Positions 50,491 to 60,299 of a stretch of 64,000 nucleotides of DNA are shown here, in pieces (the stretch's first letter is position 1; every line of letters begins with the position of its first letter). This DNA is from an uncultured archaeon (GTDB lineage Archaea; Thermoproteota; Nitrososphaeria; Nitrososphaerales; Gagatemarchaeaceae). Under the pieces are notes generated by a model. The model saw only the letters and a program-made list of their open reading frames with translations. It had not been told where the DNA came from and did no database searches. The DNA is taken from assembly GCA_963799775.1 (NCBI GenBank), contig CAWCYD010000003.1, forward strand, positions 1,992,128 to 2,056,127, read 5' to 3'. A program made the translations under genes and the position numbers.

Positions 50491-50826
50491 ATGAGCTCAT
50501 CCCTCTCTGCCCAGAACGGCGACACCATCTCGGTGCACTACCTCGGGAAGTTCCCGGGAGGCAAGGTCTTCGACACCAGCATGCGCAACGAGGCAGAGAA
50601 GGCGGGTATCTTCAACCGGGCCAGAGACTACAAGCCCCTCCAGGTCGTCCTGGGTAGGCACGAGGTCATCCCCGGTTTCGAGGAGGCGCTCGTCGGGATG
50701 AAGATCAACGAGACGAAGGAGGTCACCATACCTCCAGAGAAGGCCTACGGCAGGACTGGGAGCCATCAGATGGCGGGAAAGACGCTCCAGTTCAGGCTCC
50801 TCGTCACCAACATCAAGCGACCGTAG
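50491..50826 (+). CDS. FKBP-type peptidyl-prolyl isomerase (short archaeal type)
   Basis: VHYLG...VFDTS, VIPGFEEAL, IPPEKAYG and AGKTLQF motifs. Confidence 0.9.
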   Translation: MSSSLSAQNGDTISVHYLGKFPGGKVFDTSMRNEAEKAGIFNRARDYKPLQVVLGRHEVIPGFEEALVGMKINETKEVTIPPEKAYGRTGSHQMAGKTLQFRLLVTNIKRP

Positions 50827-50845
50827 AACGCGACTAACATCAGGC

Positions 50846-50888
50846 AATCACATCTGGTGATTACTAGAGGTGAACTGAGTATATACTC
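50846..50888 (+). promoter_or_regulatory. inverted repeats at the ABC/bactofilin operon promoter
   Basis: AATCAC-N5-GTGATT (50846-50862) and a perfect palindrome GAGTATATACTC (50877-50888) containing the TATA box. Confidence 0.6.
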
Positions 50889-50924
50889 TTAGGGCCTTCC
50901 TCTCCCCGATTGTGAATTGATGCG

Positions 50925-51095
50925 ATGTTCCGAAGACCCCAGAGAGAGCGAGAGACCGAGGCGGTGCGCTCGAGCGACGCCGCGTCCTATCTGTCGGCAA
51001 TCAACCTCAACAGGGCCGATCCCTTCACGTGGGCCTGCGTCGCCGAAATAAGGATAAGAAGCGGAGCGGAACCCCGAGGCGAAGAGTCATGGTAG
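50925..51095 (+). CDS. putative 56-aa leader protein of the ABC exporter operon
   Basis: MFRRPQRERETEAVRSSDAASYLSAINLNRADPFTWACVAEIRIRSGAEPRGEESW*. It fills the gap after the TATA box and its stop overlaps the next ATG. Confidence 0.45.
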   Translation: MFRRPQRERETEAVRSSDAASYLSAINLNRADPFTWACVAEIRIRSGAEPRGEESW

Positions 51096-52087
51096 AGAAG
51101 ATTATCGAGGCGGAGAACCTCACCAAGGTCTACAAGGGCAAGGTCAAAGCCGTCGACGACATCACCTTCTCGGTGGACAAAGGCGAGATCTTCGGCTTCC
51201 TAGGGCCCAACGGGGCGGGCAAGTCCACCACCATAAAGATGCTCAACACGATAGCCTCGATCACCTCCGGGAAGGCGGTCGTCGCGGGGAACGACGTGAG
51301 CAAGCATCCGGCAGCGGTCCGCGACGTCATAGGCGTCGTCCCGCAGGAGCTCACGGCCGACGACGAGCTCAAGGGGATTGAGAACATCCTGCTCTCTGCG
51401 CGCCTCCACCACGTCCGGGGGGAGGAGGCCAAGAAGCGGGCCCATGAGCTCCTCAAACTAGTGGACCTCGAGGAGTCCGCAGACAGGCGGGTCAAGACTT
51501 ACTCCGGAGGCATGCGCAGGAGGCTCCAACTGGCCATCGGCCTCGTCCACAGCCCGAAGGTCATTTTTCTCGACGAGCCCACCCTGGGCCTGGACGTCCA
51601 GACCAGGACGAATATGTGGGAATACATGGGCAAGCTCAACAAGGAGCAGGGGCTCACGATCTTCATGACGACCCACTACCTCGAGGAGGCTGACGGGCTC
51701 TGCGACAGGATAGCGATCATCGACCATGGCGTGATCAAGGCCTCCGGCACCCCGGCGCAGCTCAAGGAGAGGGTCGGCGGAGACGTCCTCACCATCGAGC
51801 TCGCCTCAGGCCCCGACATCACGGAGTTCCTGCGGAGCCTGCCCGATGTCTCCGACGTGACGAAGAAGGACCAGGCCTACCGCATCAAGCTCCCCAGGAC
51901 CGAGAAGGCCCTCCCGGCGATAGTGGACGGGATAGCGAAGAAGGGACTTGAGATCAAGGAGATTGCCTTCACAAAGCCGACCCTCGACCAGGTCTTCCTG
52001 GAGATAACGGGCAAGTCCATGCGCGACGAGAGCGCAGGAGAGAGCGAGTCGTGGGTCCAGAACGTGATGTCGGAGAGGATGAAGTAG
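51089..52087 (+). CDS. DrrA-like ABC exporter ATP-binding protein
   Basis: GPNGAGKST, YSGGMRRRL, FLDEPTLGLD, TTHYLEEAD and PTLDQVFLEITG motifs. Confidence 0.93.
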   Translation: MVEKIIEAENLTKVYKGKVKAVDDITFSVDKGEIFGFLGPNGAGKSTTIKMLNTIASITSGKAVVAGNDVSKHPAAVRDVIGVVPQELTADDELKGIENILLSARLHHVRGEEAKKRAHELLKLVDLEESADRRVKTYSGGMRRRLQLAIGLVHSPKVIFLDEPTLGLDVQTRTNMWEYMGKLNKEQGLTIFMTTHYLEEADGLCDRIAIIDHGVIKASGTPAQLKERVGGDVLTIELASGPDITEFLRSLPDVSDVTKKDQAYRIKLPRTEKALPAIVDGIAKKGLEIKEIAFTKPTLDQVFLEITGKSMRDESAGESESWVQNVMSERMK

Positions 52088-52090
52088 GAC

Positions 52091-52885
52091 ATGCTCGACG
52101 AAACGCTGGCTCTCACAAACCGCGCGCTGAAGAAGTGGGTCAGGAACCCCTTCACCATCATTCCGGGCCTTGCCACGTCTGCGTTCTACCTGGCCCTCTT
52201 CGGGAACTCCGTTGGTGGGGACATAAACCCCGCAGTTCTAGGCGCGCCTACCTACATCACCTACCTCACCGCCGGGGTGATCTGCCTCATCACGGTCTTC
52301 AACATGTCATTCGGCGGGATCGACATCGTACTCGACAGGCAGCTCGGCTACTTCAACACCCTCCTCACCGCGCCGATACCCAGGGCGGCGATCTACTTCT
52401 CCGGCGTCCTGCAGAACCTAGCCAAGGCGATGCTCCTCGCCGTCCTTACCTTCGTCATCGCGCTGATAATCCCCAATGGACTCGAGCTTCCTGCGAGCTT
52501 CGGGGTCATCGAGCTGCTGGGGGCCTTCGCCGCCATTACCCTACTCGGCCTCGGCCTCTCGTGCATATTCACCTCGCTCGCGCTAGCCGCGAGGAGCATC
52601 GACTCGCTCATAGCGGTCGTCAACTTCATCAACCTCCCCCTGATATTCATGAGCAGCTCGCTCTTCCCGTCCAGCTCTTTCCCCGGCTGGCTCAAGTCCA
52701 TCTCCGACGTCAACCCGATCACAAAGGCTGACGAGGCAGCGAGGATCCTGATAGTCGGAGGAAATCCAGCGTCCACCGGGATGATGGGGACGTTCGTGGG
52801 CGACATGATCTACCTCGTGGCCTTCGCAGTCGCCTGCGGCGTCCTGGGATACCTCGCCGCCGCGCGGGTGATGAGGGCCGAGTAG
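52091..52885 (+). CDS. ABC-2 (DrrB-like) permease
   Basis: DRQLGYFNTLLTAPI and PGWL...VNPIT motifs; about 6 TM helices. Confidence 0.9.
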   Translation: MLDETLALTNRALKKWVRNPFTIIPGLATSAFYLALFGNSVGGDINPAVLGAPTYITYLTAGVICLITVFNMSFGGIDIVLDRQLGYFNTLLTAPIPRAAIYFSGVLQNLAKAMLLAVLTFVIALIIPNGLELPASFGVIELLGAFAAITLLGLGLSCIFTSLALAARSIDSLIAVVNFINLPLIFMSSSLFPSSSFPGWLKSISDVNPITKADEAARILIVGGNPASTGMMGTFVGDMIYLVAFAVACGVLGYLAAARVMRAE

Positions 52886-52887
52886 CA

Positions 52888-54136
52888 ATGGCAGACGTCC
52901 ACGTGGACAGGGGCAGCACGGCGAGGCTCGACCGAGTCGACGGGGAGCTTACAGCAGCGAACAACGCGCGGATCGAGGCCGTCAACCGCAGGGTGGTCAC
53001 TATAACAGGGGCAGCGCACTTCGAGGGGAGCGCAGAGATCGCATGCGACTTTGAGTGCGACTCGCTCACAATGGACAGCGGGCGGCTGACGGTGGCCGGG
53101 AGCCTCAAGGTAAGGAACGCGATGGACGTGGCCCACTCGGTGGAATCATCAGGCCCGATAGAGGCAAGGCAGATTGACGTCGGAGGCAAGCTCTCGTCCA
53201 AGTCAATCTCCTGCGAGCGCTCGATAGTCGTGGGTGGGATAGTCACCGTCGCCGAGGGACCTGGAGGCAGACTCGCTCGAGGTGGGAGGCAAGGCAGAGG
53301 TCAAGGGACGCATCAAAGTCAGGGACATGGGGGTTGGCGGCAAGGCTGCGGTGGGAGGAGGCTCGGTCTCGGGGAAGGTGAGGGTCGGGGGAATCTTCGA
53401 GTGCTATGGCCCCTTCGAGTTCGGCGAGTTGCAGGTCTATGGAAGGTGTGACCTCCCTGCGGGCTCCAAGGGGAAGAAGATCTCGACGTTCGGGAAGCTC
53501 TCCGTCGCCGGGGACCTCGACTGCGGTGAGATGAGCGTCACGGGTCACACGGAGGTAAGCGGAGACTGCGGCGCAAGGAGCGTCCAGGTCAATGGCAGGT
53601 TCGTAGCTCGCGGCTCGCTGAACGTCAGGGAGAGGCTCGAGGCAAATGGCTCGGTGGAAGTTCTCAATGGCGTAAGAGCGGGCGAGCTTGCCGTGGGAGG
53701 GAGGCTCCGCTCCAAGTCAGCAGTCGTCACAGGCGGCGCCGACATATCAGGGGAGCTCCAGACCCGGGAGGGCCTCAAGGCGGCCTCGATCACGATCAGG
53801 GGAGGCTCGAGGTGCACAGGGCCGCTCGTCGGCGGGAGAGTCGAGCTCGGGAAGAGCGCCCTCGTCCTGGCAAACTGGGGGAGCACGTGGGCCGGGCAGT
53901 CCATCATAATCAAGGGAGTGGGGAGGATGACCCAGGCTGAGGACATCTACGGGGATGAGGTCGACCTAGGCGAAGCGACGAAGTGCAGGAGGATATTCGC
54001 TAGGGTCGTCGAGGTAGGCAAGGGGTGCACGGCCGACGAGATCTCCTACACTGAGGAGCTTCGAGGGGTAACAAAGTCCTCCTACTTCCATATACCTCCT
54101 CGGAAGGTCTCGACCCTACCTCCCTTCCCCTTGTGA
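52888..54136 (+). CDS. long bactofilin-like (polymer-forming) beta-helix protein (frameshift ~53258)
   Basis: Continuous ~17-aa beta-helical repeats (VGGKAEVKGRIKVRDM, VNGRFVARGSLNVRERL) and a C-terminal IYGDEVDL...VEVGKGCTADEISYTE segment like Bacillus bactofilins. Confidence 0.7.
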
Positions 54137-54173
54137 TGAGAATGAGGACCGCGGCCGAGAGGAGCTGTGCCCG

Positions 54174-54485
54174 ATGCCGGGCGTGAAGAGCAAGAGGTCC
54201 AAGGTGGACCTCTACGCGACCGTCCTCGAGGTCATCCGCAGGTACCCGGAAGGTGGCCGGATCACGAGGATATCCTACGGGGTCGGGTGCCCGGTGGACA
54301 GGCTGAAGGTGATGGTGGAGGCCCTTTCGGTCAACGGCCTCGTCCGGAAGATAGCTGTCGAGGATGACGATGGCGACGAGGCGGGCGTCTACTACTACGC
54401 CGTGACGCAGAGAGGCCTCGAGTTCCTCGACACGTACTGGAAGATGAAGGGTTTCATCGCCGCCTTCGGCGAAGACCGCCAGTAG
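54174..54485 (+). CDS. archaeal winged-helix regulator (HTH_45/DUF4364-like)
   Basis: KRSKVDLYATVL...ITRISY...YAVTQRGLEFL pattern. Confidence 0.82.
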   Translation: MPGVKSKRSKVDLYATVLEVIRRYPEGGRITRISYGVGCPVDRLKVMVEALSVNGLVRKIAVEDDDGDEAGVYYYAVTQRGLEFLDTYWKMKGFIAAFGEDRQ

Positions 54486-54538
54486 GTCGTTCCGCCTCAG
54501 GAAAGCCTCAATTACACAACCAATCGCCCACCATCCCG

Positions 54539-55138
54539 ATGTCCTCAACGGGCTCCGGGGCCGGCTACAGCTCGGTCTACATCTTCCTCGCGATCCTGGT
54601 GCTCCTGGTCATCCGCAGGCTCTACAGGGTCGTCCGGGGCTCCAGGGTGAGCAAGGGAAGGACGATAGCCTTCGCCCTCTACTACGTCGCCTTCGCGTGC
54701 GGCCTCATCGCCATCTCGGTCCTCTTCGGAGGCGTCTCGCCCGAGTACCTCGCGGTCTACGCAATCGTCGGCGCGGTGGGCGTCTACGCGGCCTACACCT
54801 TCTCCAACAAGCGCATCGGATTCTGGAAGGGGGGCGACGGCGCGATCTACTACAGAGGGGCCGTGATCGTCTACGTCATCTACGTCGTGGCGCTCATAGC
54901 CAGGATCGCGCTCGACATCGTCTTCATAGGCCCGCAGGCCTTCACCTTCTCCGTCGGACCGACCGCGCCCTCGGTGAGCTCGACGGCGGTCGCCGCTGGA
55001 ATAGTGACGGACGTCTTGCTGGCTCTATGCTCGGGGCTCCTCACGGGGAGAAACCTCCGCGTCTTGAAGAGATACAACTTGATCCTTGCGGGTAAGGAGG
55101 AGGTCGGAGACACCCCTCCAAAGATAACGCTGGTCTAG
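54539..55138 (+). CDS. DUF1453/CcdC-like membrane protein
   Basis: About 5 TM helices; RRLYR...G.IYYR...IARI pattern. Confidence 0.6.
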   Translation: MSSTGSGAGYSSVYIFLAILVLLVIRRLYRVVRGSRVSKGRTIAFALYYVAFACGLIAISVLFGGVSPEYLAVYAIVGAVGVYAAYTFSNKRIGFWKGGDGAIYYRGAVIVYVIYVVALIARIALDIVFIGPQAFTFSVGPTAPSVSSTAVAAGIVTDVLLALCSGLLTGRNLRVLKRYNLILAGKEEVGDTPPKITLV

Positions 55139-55184
55139 GCCCCTCCGAGTCTTTATAGCCTCGCGAAGGGCGTCCGATTCACCT

Positions 55185-56309
55185 ATGGCGAGCGACAAGG
55201 CCACGATCGTGACCTACCCCGACGAATTCTCAAAGGAGGAGATCAAGGAGCTCGCCGCCGCCGCAGGCTACACGGTGGTAGGCCTCGTCACCCAGAAGAG
55301 GGTGGTAAAGTCGGAGTTCGGGATAGGCGTCGGGAAGGCGGAAGAGATGCGCGACCTCGTGAGCAAGAACGGCTCGAAGACGCTCATAATCGACGCCGAG
55401 ATTACATCCTCCCAGGCGTTGAGGCTCGCAACAGTGACGCGCGTCGAGATCGTAGACCGCGACAGGCTCATCCTGAACATCTTCGCCAGGAGGGCTCAGA
55501 CCACGGAAGCGAAGCTCCAGGTCCAGCTCGCCGAGCTCAAGTACGAGATGCCCCGGGCGAGGGACGCCGTACGTTTCTCCACGTCCGGTGAGCGGGCGGG
55601 CTTCATGGGAATGGGCGAGAGCATGGTCGACGTCAAGTTCAGGGCGCTGAAGCGAAGGATGGGTTTCATCAACGAGAAGCTGGAAAGGGCGCACGCGGCT
55701 CGCAACCTCCACAGGACCGAGAGGAGGAAGCTCGGCATGCCCTTCGTCTCGCTGGCGGGATACACGAGCAGCGGGAAGACGACGCTATTCAACAAGCTGG
55801 CAGGAGAGTCGCGCGAGGAGTCACCCTCCCTATTCACAACCCTGACGACGACCATGAGGGCGGTGAGCTTCGGAGACTCGCGCAAGAAAGTGATGCTCTC
55901 AGACACGGTGGGCTTCATCTCGCGCGTCCCGACCTACATGGTAGAGTCGTTCAAGTCGACGCTCGAAGAGCTGACCTATGCGGACATGGTGCTCCTCATG
56001 GTCGACGCGAGCGAGGAGAGGGAGAGCATGTCGATCAAGCTGCGCAGCTGCCTCGACATCCTCAGCCAGCTCGGCGTTGACCCCAAGAAGATCCTGACAG
56101 TGCTCAACAAGATCGACCGCCTCGAGGGCGGAGCGCTCACACACGTCGAGGAGAACAGCCTCTTCGATGGGCTCTCGATGATCAAGATCTCCTCCGTGCG
56201 AGGGGACGGAATACGACAACTCAAGAACCGCATACTCGAAGCCACCTACCCGTCCAAGCAGGCAAAGCCTGCCCAAGACGCGGCCGTAGGACACTTTCAG
56301 CCAGCATGA
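55185..56309 (+). CDS. hflX: ribosome-associated GTPase HflX
   Basis: IGVGK, LILNIFARRA..EAKLQVQLAELKY, GYTSSGKTT, FTTL, DTVGFI and NKID motifs. Confidence 0.95.
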   Translation: MASDKATIVTYPDEFSKEEIKELAAAAGYTVVGLVTQKRVVKSEFGIGVGKAEEMRDLVSKNGSKTLIIDAEITSSQALRLATVTRVEIVDRDRLILNIFARRAQTTEAKLQVQLAELKYEMPRARDAVRFSTSGERAGFMGMGESMVDVKFRALKRRMGFINEKLERAHAARNLHRTERRKLGMPFVSLAGYTSSGKTTLFNKLAGESREESPSLFTTLTTTMRAVSFGDSRKKVMLSDTVGFISRVPTYMVESFKSTLEELTYADMVLLMVDASEERESMSIKLRSCLDILSQLGVDPKKILTVLNKIDRLEGGALTHVEENSLFDGLSMIKISSVRGDGIRQLKNRILEATYPSKQAKPAQDAAVGHFQPA

Positions 56310-56893
56310 GGAAGGACAAGCCCGAGCCCACCGCCATCTTCGCGCTTGGACACTCGACAAGGCCCATAGACAAGTTCGTCTCGATGTTGGAGGCCCACTC
56401 CATATCCACCCTGGTGGACATCCGGACGGTCCCGAAGTCGAGGCACAACCCGCAATTCGACGGCCAGGCGCTGCGTCAGACACTCGCCGAGGTCGGGATC
56501 GGCTATTTGCAGATGAAGCAGCTCGGCGGCCTCAGGCGCCCGGTCAAGGGCTCGAAGGTCAACGCGGGCTGGATCAACGACAGCTTCCGCGGGTTCGCCG
56601 ACTACATGCAGACCAAGGAGTTCGAAGAGGCCCTTGAGAGACTGGTCAAGCTCGCCATCGAGACGAGAAGCTTTGCCATCATGTGCGCCGAGGGCAACCC
56701 GTTCCGGTGCCACCGCTCCCTCGTGGCAGACGCGTTGGAGGCCAGGGGGGTGAAAGTGGTGCAGATATCCGGGCCTGGCGCGGGAAGGCCGCACAAGATC
56801 ACTCCCTTCGCGAAGGTGGTCGGCACGAGCGTCACGTACCCCGAGGAAGGGGTGGCGTCTAGCCGAACACCCTCTTCGCGCTCGAGGCGATGA
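56306..56893 (+). CDS. DUF488 family protein
   Basis: GHSTR, LVDIR..P.SR, LGG, MCAE and CHR motifs. Confidence 0.88.
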   Translation: MRKDKPEPTAIFALGHSTRPIDKFVSMLEAHSISTLVDIRTVPKSRHNPQFDGQALRQTLAEVGIGYLQMKQLGGLRRPVKGSKVNAGWINDSFRGFADYMQTKEFEEALERLVKLAIETRSFAIMCAEGNPFRCHRSLVADALEARGVKVVQISGPGAGRPHKITPFAKVVGTSVTYPEEGVASSRTPSSRSRR

Positions 56894-57786
56894 CTTCCTC
56901 GCTCGAGCGGCCGGACGGTGCCAGCGCCCTCTCGACCATCCACGCGTAGGTCTCCTCAAAGTCCTCCTTCTCGTAAGCCACCCAGTGGTTCCAGTCCGGG
57001 ACGACCAGGCTCTTCTTCACTCGCGGCGCCAGCCTCTTCACCTTCGCAGGCATCTCGGCGAGGGCGCGCTCGACCTTCGTGAAGTAGAGGCCCCTGAACC
57101 CCTCGGGCTTCTCGTTGATCCTGTCGATCGCCTCGTTCGTCGCCTCGAAGAAGGCTTTGAGCTTCCGGGGGTCGTCGTCCGCGCGCACGACGATCGTCGT
57201 CGGGTTTGTCCTCCTCGTCCTGAGTATCTCCACGAAGCCCGCGGCCCTTGCAAAGTCGACCCAGGGGCTCAGCAGGGACGCCGCCTCGACCTCCTTTTTC
57301 ATGAGCGCCAGGAACCGCTTGTGCGGCTCGCCGACGGCGACGAGCTTGGCCGACCCTCTGGGCATGAAGCGCTCCAGTCCCTCGAGCGTGGTGTAGTAAG
57401 AGCCGGTTCCCATCTCTATCGCGACCGGCTTGTCCCTAAGGTCTCTCGGGCTTTCATAACCGGAGTCCCCGCGCACCCAGAGCGAGAAGGTGGCGTTCAA
57501 GTGCCCTGGGGAGGGCATGGATTTCGCGATTATACGCGACCCCTTCGAGCCGATGGACCCTGAGGATGCAGACCCACTCGCCCGCGTGGTAGACGTCCGT
57601 CTTCTTGCTCTCGAGGAGGTCCGTGTAGAGGACGCCCTTGTCGGTCAGCCCCGAGGGCGTGATGTCTCGCCAGTTGGCTTCAAGGCCGTGCTCCTTGAAG
57701 AGGCCCAGCTCGTCGGCGACCATCTCCGGGAACGTCCACTGGAAGTTATACATGTTGACGGCGATGTTGATCTTCTTCGTGGCCAT
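56859..57786 (-). CDS. NMT1/THI5-TauA-fold binding protein lacking a signal peptide (frameshift ~57550)
   Basis: VADELGLFKEHGLE, SPRDLRDKPVA and VEAASLLSPW motifs. Starts directly at MATKKINIAV. Confidence 0.75.
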
Positions 57787-57858
57787 TCCAACCGGCCAGA
57801 ATCTTTCCTTTACGAAAAAGGCTTTCCACTGCGAATCAAAATGAGAAAAATCCTCGAC

Positions 57859-57879
57859 GGGGCACCGTAGGGGTGCCCC
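57859..57879 (-). terminator. GC-rich hairpin downstream of the DoxX gene
   Basis: GGGGCACC-N5-GGTGCCCC, followed on the minus strand by T-rich tracts. Confidence 0.5.
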
Positions 57880-57896
57880 AAGACCCTGGGCAACTC

Positions 57897-58317
57897 TTAG
57901 ATGCCCAAGGCCCCGTCGAGTGAGAGTGCACCCGCGCCCAAGAAGACCAGGACGAGAGCGAGAGCCAGATAGAGCACATCTACCTCATAGGACGGCTTGC
58001 CGGGTGAGATGTAGTCTGCGTGCATCTTCCTCTTCTTCATGATCGAGTTCGCGGCCATGAAGAGGATGAAGAACGCGCCGACCAGCGGCACCAGCAGTCC
58101 AAGTATCAGGAAGATGCCTCCGACGAGTTCCAGCGTCGTCGCCGCAGCTGTGGCGCCGACCGGCGACCCCAAGGCCCTTCATGCTCTGAGCTGTCTGCGC
58201 GAAGCCCTGTCCGAGCTTCGGGCGGGCGTGGATGATGAAGTTCGCACCGACCCACACCCTGACGATCAGGGCAAGGTAGGGTGCGTACGCAACCAACGGG
58301 TCTAACAATGCTGTCAT
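57897..58317 (-). CDS. DoxX-family membrane protein (frameshift ~58165)
   Basis: RVWVG..FIIH..PKL, ELVGGIFLILGL, YE and GAGALSLD motifs. Confidence 0.88.
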
Positions 58318-58479
58318 TTTTCCTCACCAAGACCAGCACCGGTACTGCATATAAACCTAGTAGTATTTTGCTACCACGTAAGTTCTGGCTACCATACCTA
58401 GTATCCGCGACTTGACCGAAAAGCGTCGGAGGGTTAAATTCGGACCGTTCCAAAGGCGCTCCGGAGCTCTCCAAAACAG

Positions 58480-59173
58480 TTGCCGGCGTTCGAGTTGGGA
58501 GGGAGGCGCATCGAGTACGAGATAGTAAGAGGGACGAGCCGGCGCTACACCTACTTCAGGTTCAGGCGCGACATGACCTTGGAGATCGTCGTCCCGAGGG
58601 GCAGGATGGACGACCCGGGGCCGGCGTTGAGGCAGCGCGCGGAGTGGATCCTCGAGCAATACGACGAGATGCGGAACACAAAGCGGTGGCCTCGACGACC
58701 GGAGGGTGATGTTCGACGGGAGATTCCTCGAGATAGCCTACGAGCACGCGCTCGAGAAGGAGGAGATAATCCCTGACCCCGAAGGAGGGAGGGTCGTCGT
58801 AAGAGCGAGCGAGAGGTCAAGGGTGACGGAGCTGGTCCGCAGGTGGTTCCTGAAGGAGTCCTCCAGGTATGTGATGAAGAGGCTCGCCGAGATATCGACG
58901 ACGAACCCTGGACCCTCCTACAAGATGGCCGATGTCAGGGAGATAAAGAACTGGGGCTACTGCACGAGGAGCGGGAGGCTCTCCTTCAGCTGGCAGCTGA
59001 TTGCCCTGCCGGAGAAGCTCCGCGACTACATAATCTTCCACGAGCTGACGCACCTGGAGCACTTCGACCACTCGAGGGCCTTCAAGAGGAGGCTGGCAGA
59101 GTTCTGCCCCGACTACAAGGCGAGAGAGAAGGAGCTAGACCGAGTCTCGCCCGCCGAGCTACGCTACTTCTGA
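58480..59173 (+). CDS. YgjP/DUF45 (M48-like) metal-dependent hydrolase (frameshift ~58690)
   Basis: WGYC, LSFSWQL, YIIFHELTHL..FDHS..F and PDY motifs. Confidence 0.88.
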
Positions 59174-59249
59174 CGCGCCCGAGACGCGCCGAGGGAGTTG
59201 GACAGGCCTTATAGGATGGGAGAAATGGGCCATCATAGGAATAATAGAA

Positions 59250-59447
59250 ATGCCAAGATCTCATCGTGATGCTTACGAGAAGGCAATAGACAAGGTAAGG
59301 GAGGCGCACGCCTCTTCCATCCCCTCTGCGCAGATGTCTGTCGAGTGCCCGAAATGCGGCACCAGGCAGCAGCTCACAGACGCCCCCGGGAAGCGCGTGT
59401 GCATCAAGTGCGGATTCGAGTTCAGGTCGCCACTCAACAGAGTCTAG
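59250..59447 (+). CDS. small zinc-ribbon protein
   Basis: CPKCG...CIKCG motif. Confidence 0.7.
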   Translation: MPRSHRDAYEKAIDKVREAHASSIPSAQMSVECPKCGTRQQLTDAPGKRVCIKCGFEFRSPLNRV

Positions 59448-59451
59448 GCCG

Positions 59452-59967
59452 TCAGACCGGCTCTGTCCAGATGGTCTTAGCCCTGGTTTCCTTGACCAGC
59501 AAGAACATGATTACCGAAGTCGCGATTGGAATCAGTGTCGACCAGATAAGACCAGCGTATGCACTCCCGGTGAGCAGGACCAAGATGGGCGCTATCAAGA
59601 GCGTTCCATCGCCGATATCTCCGGTGCCTATCCCATATGATATCGACATCGACGTGTAACGGATCCTCCCCGGAAAGAATTCGACGAGGAAAGCTCCCAG
59701 GGGTCCGTAGCACATCGATGAAAAGAATACCTGGGTGAACAGAAGAGCCGTCAAGATCGGGACATTTGCGGGATGGAGAAAGAGCGATGATGCGATACGA
59801 CGGATAGAAGGTAAGTGCGCCCAGCACGCTTCCGAGTAACATGATCTTCAGCCTCCCGACCTGTTCTTGGACAACCATCCGAAGAACACGAAGAAGGGGG
59901 CACCCAGTGCGAGAGCCACCAGCGTAATCGTCCCCGCAGTCACAAAATCGATCTTCAAAGTGTTCTG
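59452..59967 (-). CDS. C-terminal part of an MHS-family MFS transporter, cut at the junction
   Basis: QNTLKID..., PFFVFFGWLS..VGR, YGPLGAFLVEFFPGRIRYTSMSISY and VKET motifs. The 5' two-thirds are missing. Confidence 0.75.
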
Positions 59968-60260
59968 TGAGGCGCTTCCGACGGGCCTTGCGGGTCATGG
60001 GTACTCCTCATTCACGAGGGGCGCGCCACGACACTGCCTGGCTCCGTTACAACAAGGAGGCCGAACGCGTCATGCGCCGCGCGGTGCTATTAACGGTCTG
60101 TTCCGAACCTTGCGTTCGGTCACCCGCCGGGTGTGAGCGCACCCGGCGGGGCCGTCGATACGTACTACAAAATGAGACTGTGTCTTAGTTTCAGTAAAAG
60201 CTGAATCCGACCGAATCGGTCGGTCAAGAAAAATGCGCGACACACGACGACAAGTATTCC
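59968..60260 (-). promoter_or_regulatory. bacterial-type promoter/5'UTR fragment with operator-like palindromes and the first codons of a truncated gene
   Basis: Minus strand reads GAGGAG-5nt-ATG(59998) ACC CGC AAG. TTGACC near 60228. Palindromes CCGACCG-AAT-CGGTCGG and TGAGACT-N7-AGTTTCA, plus an 11-bp hairpin at ~60123-60150. Confidence 0.5.
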
Positions 60261-60299
60261 CGCGGCGCGGCGAGAACCTTTGCCGGCGCGACCCGGATT

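Noticed and set aside
58355-58405. Short repeats upstream of doxX (GCTACCA x2, CCTAGTA x2, GTAG-N7-CTAC)
   Set aside because: They could be operators but are too short to support, and no cognate regulator is adjacent.
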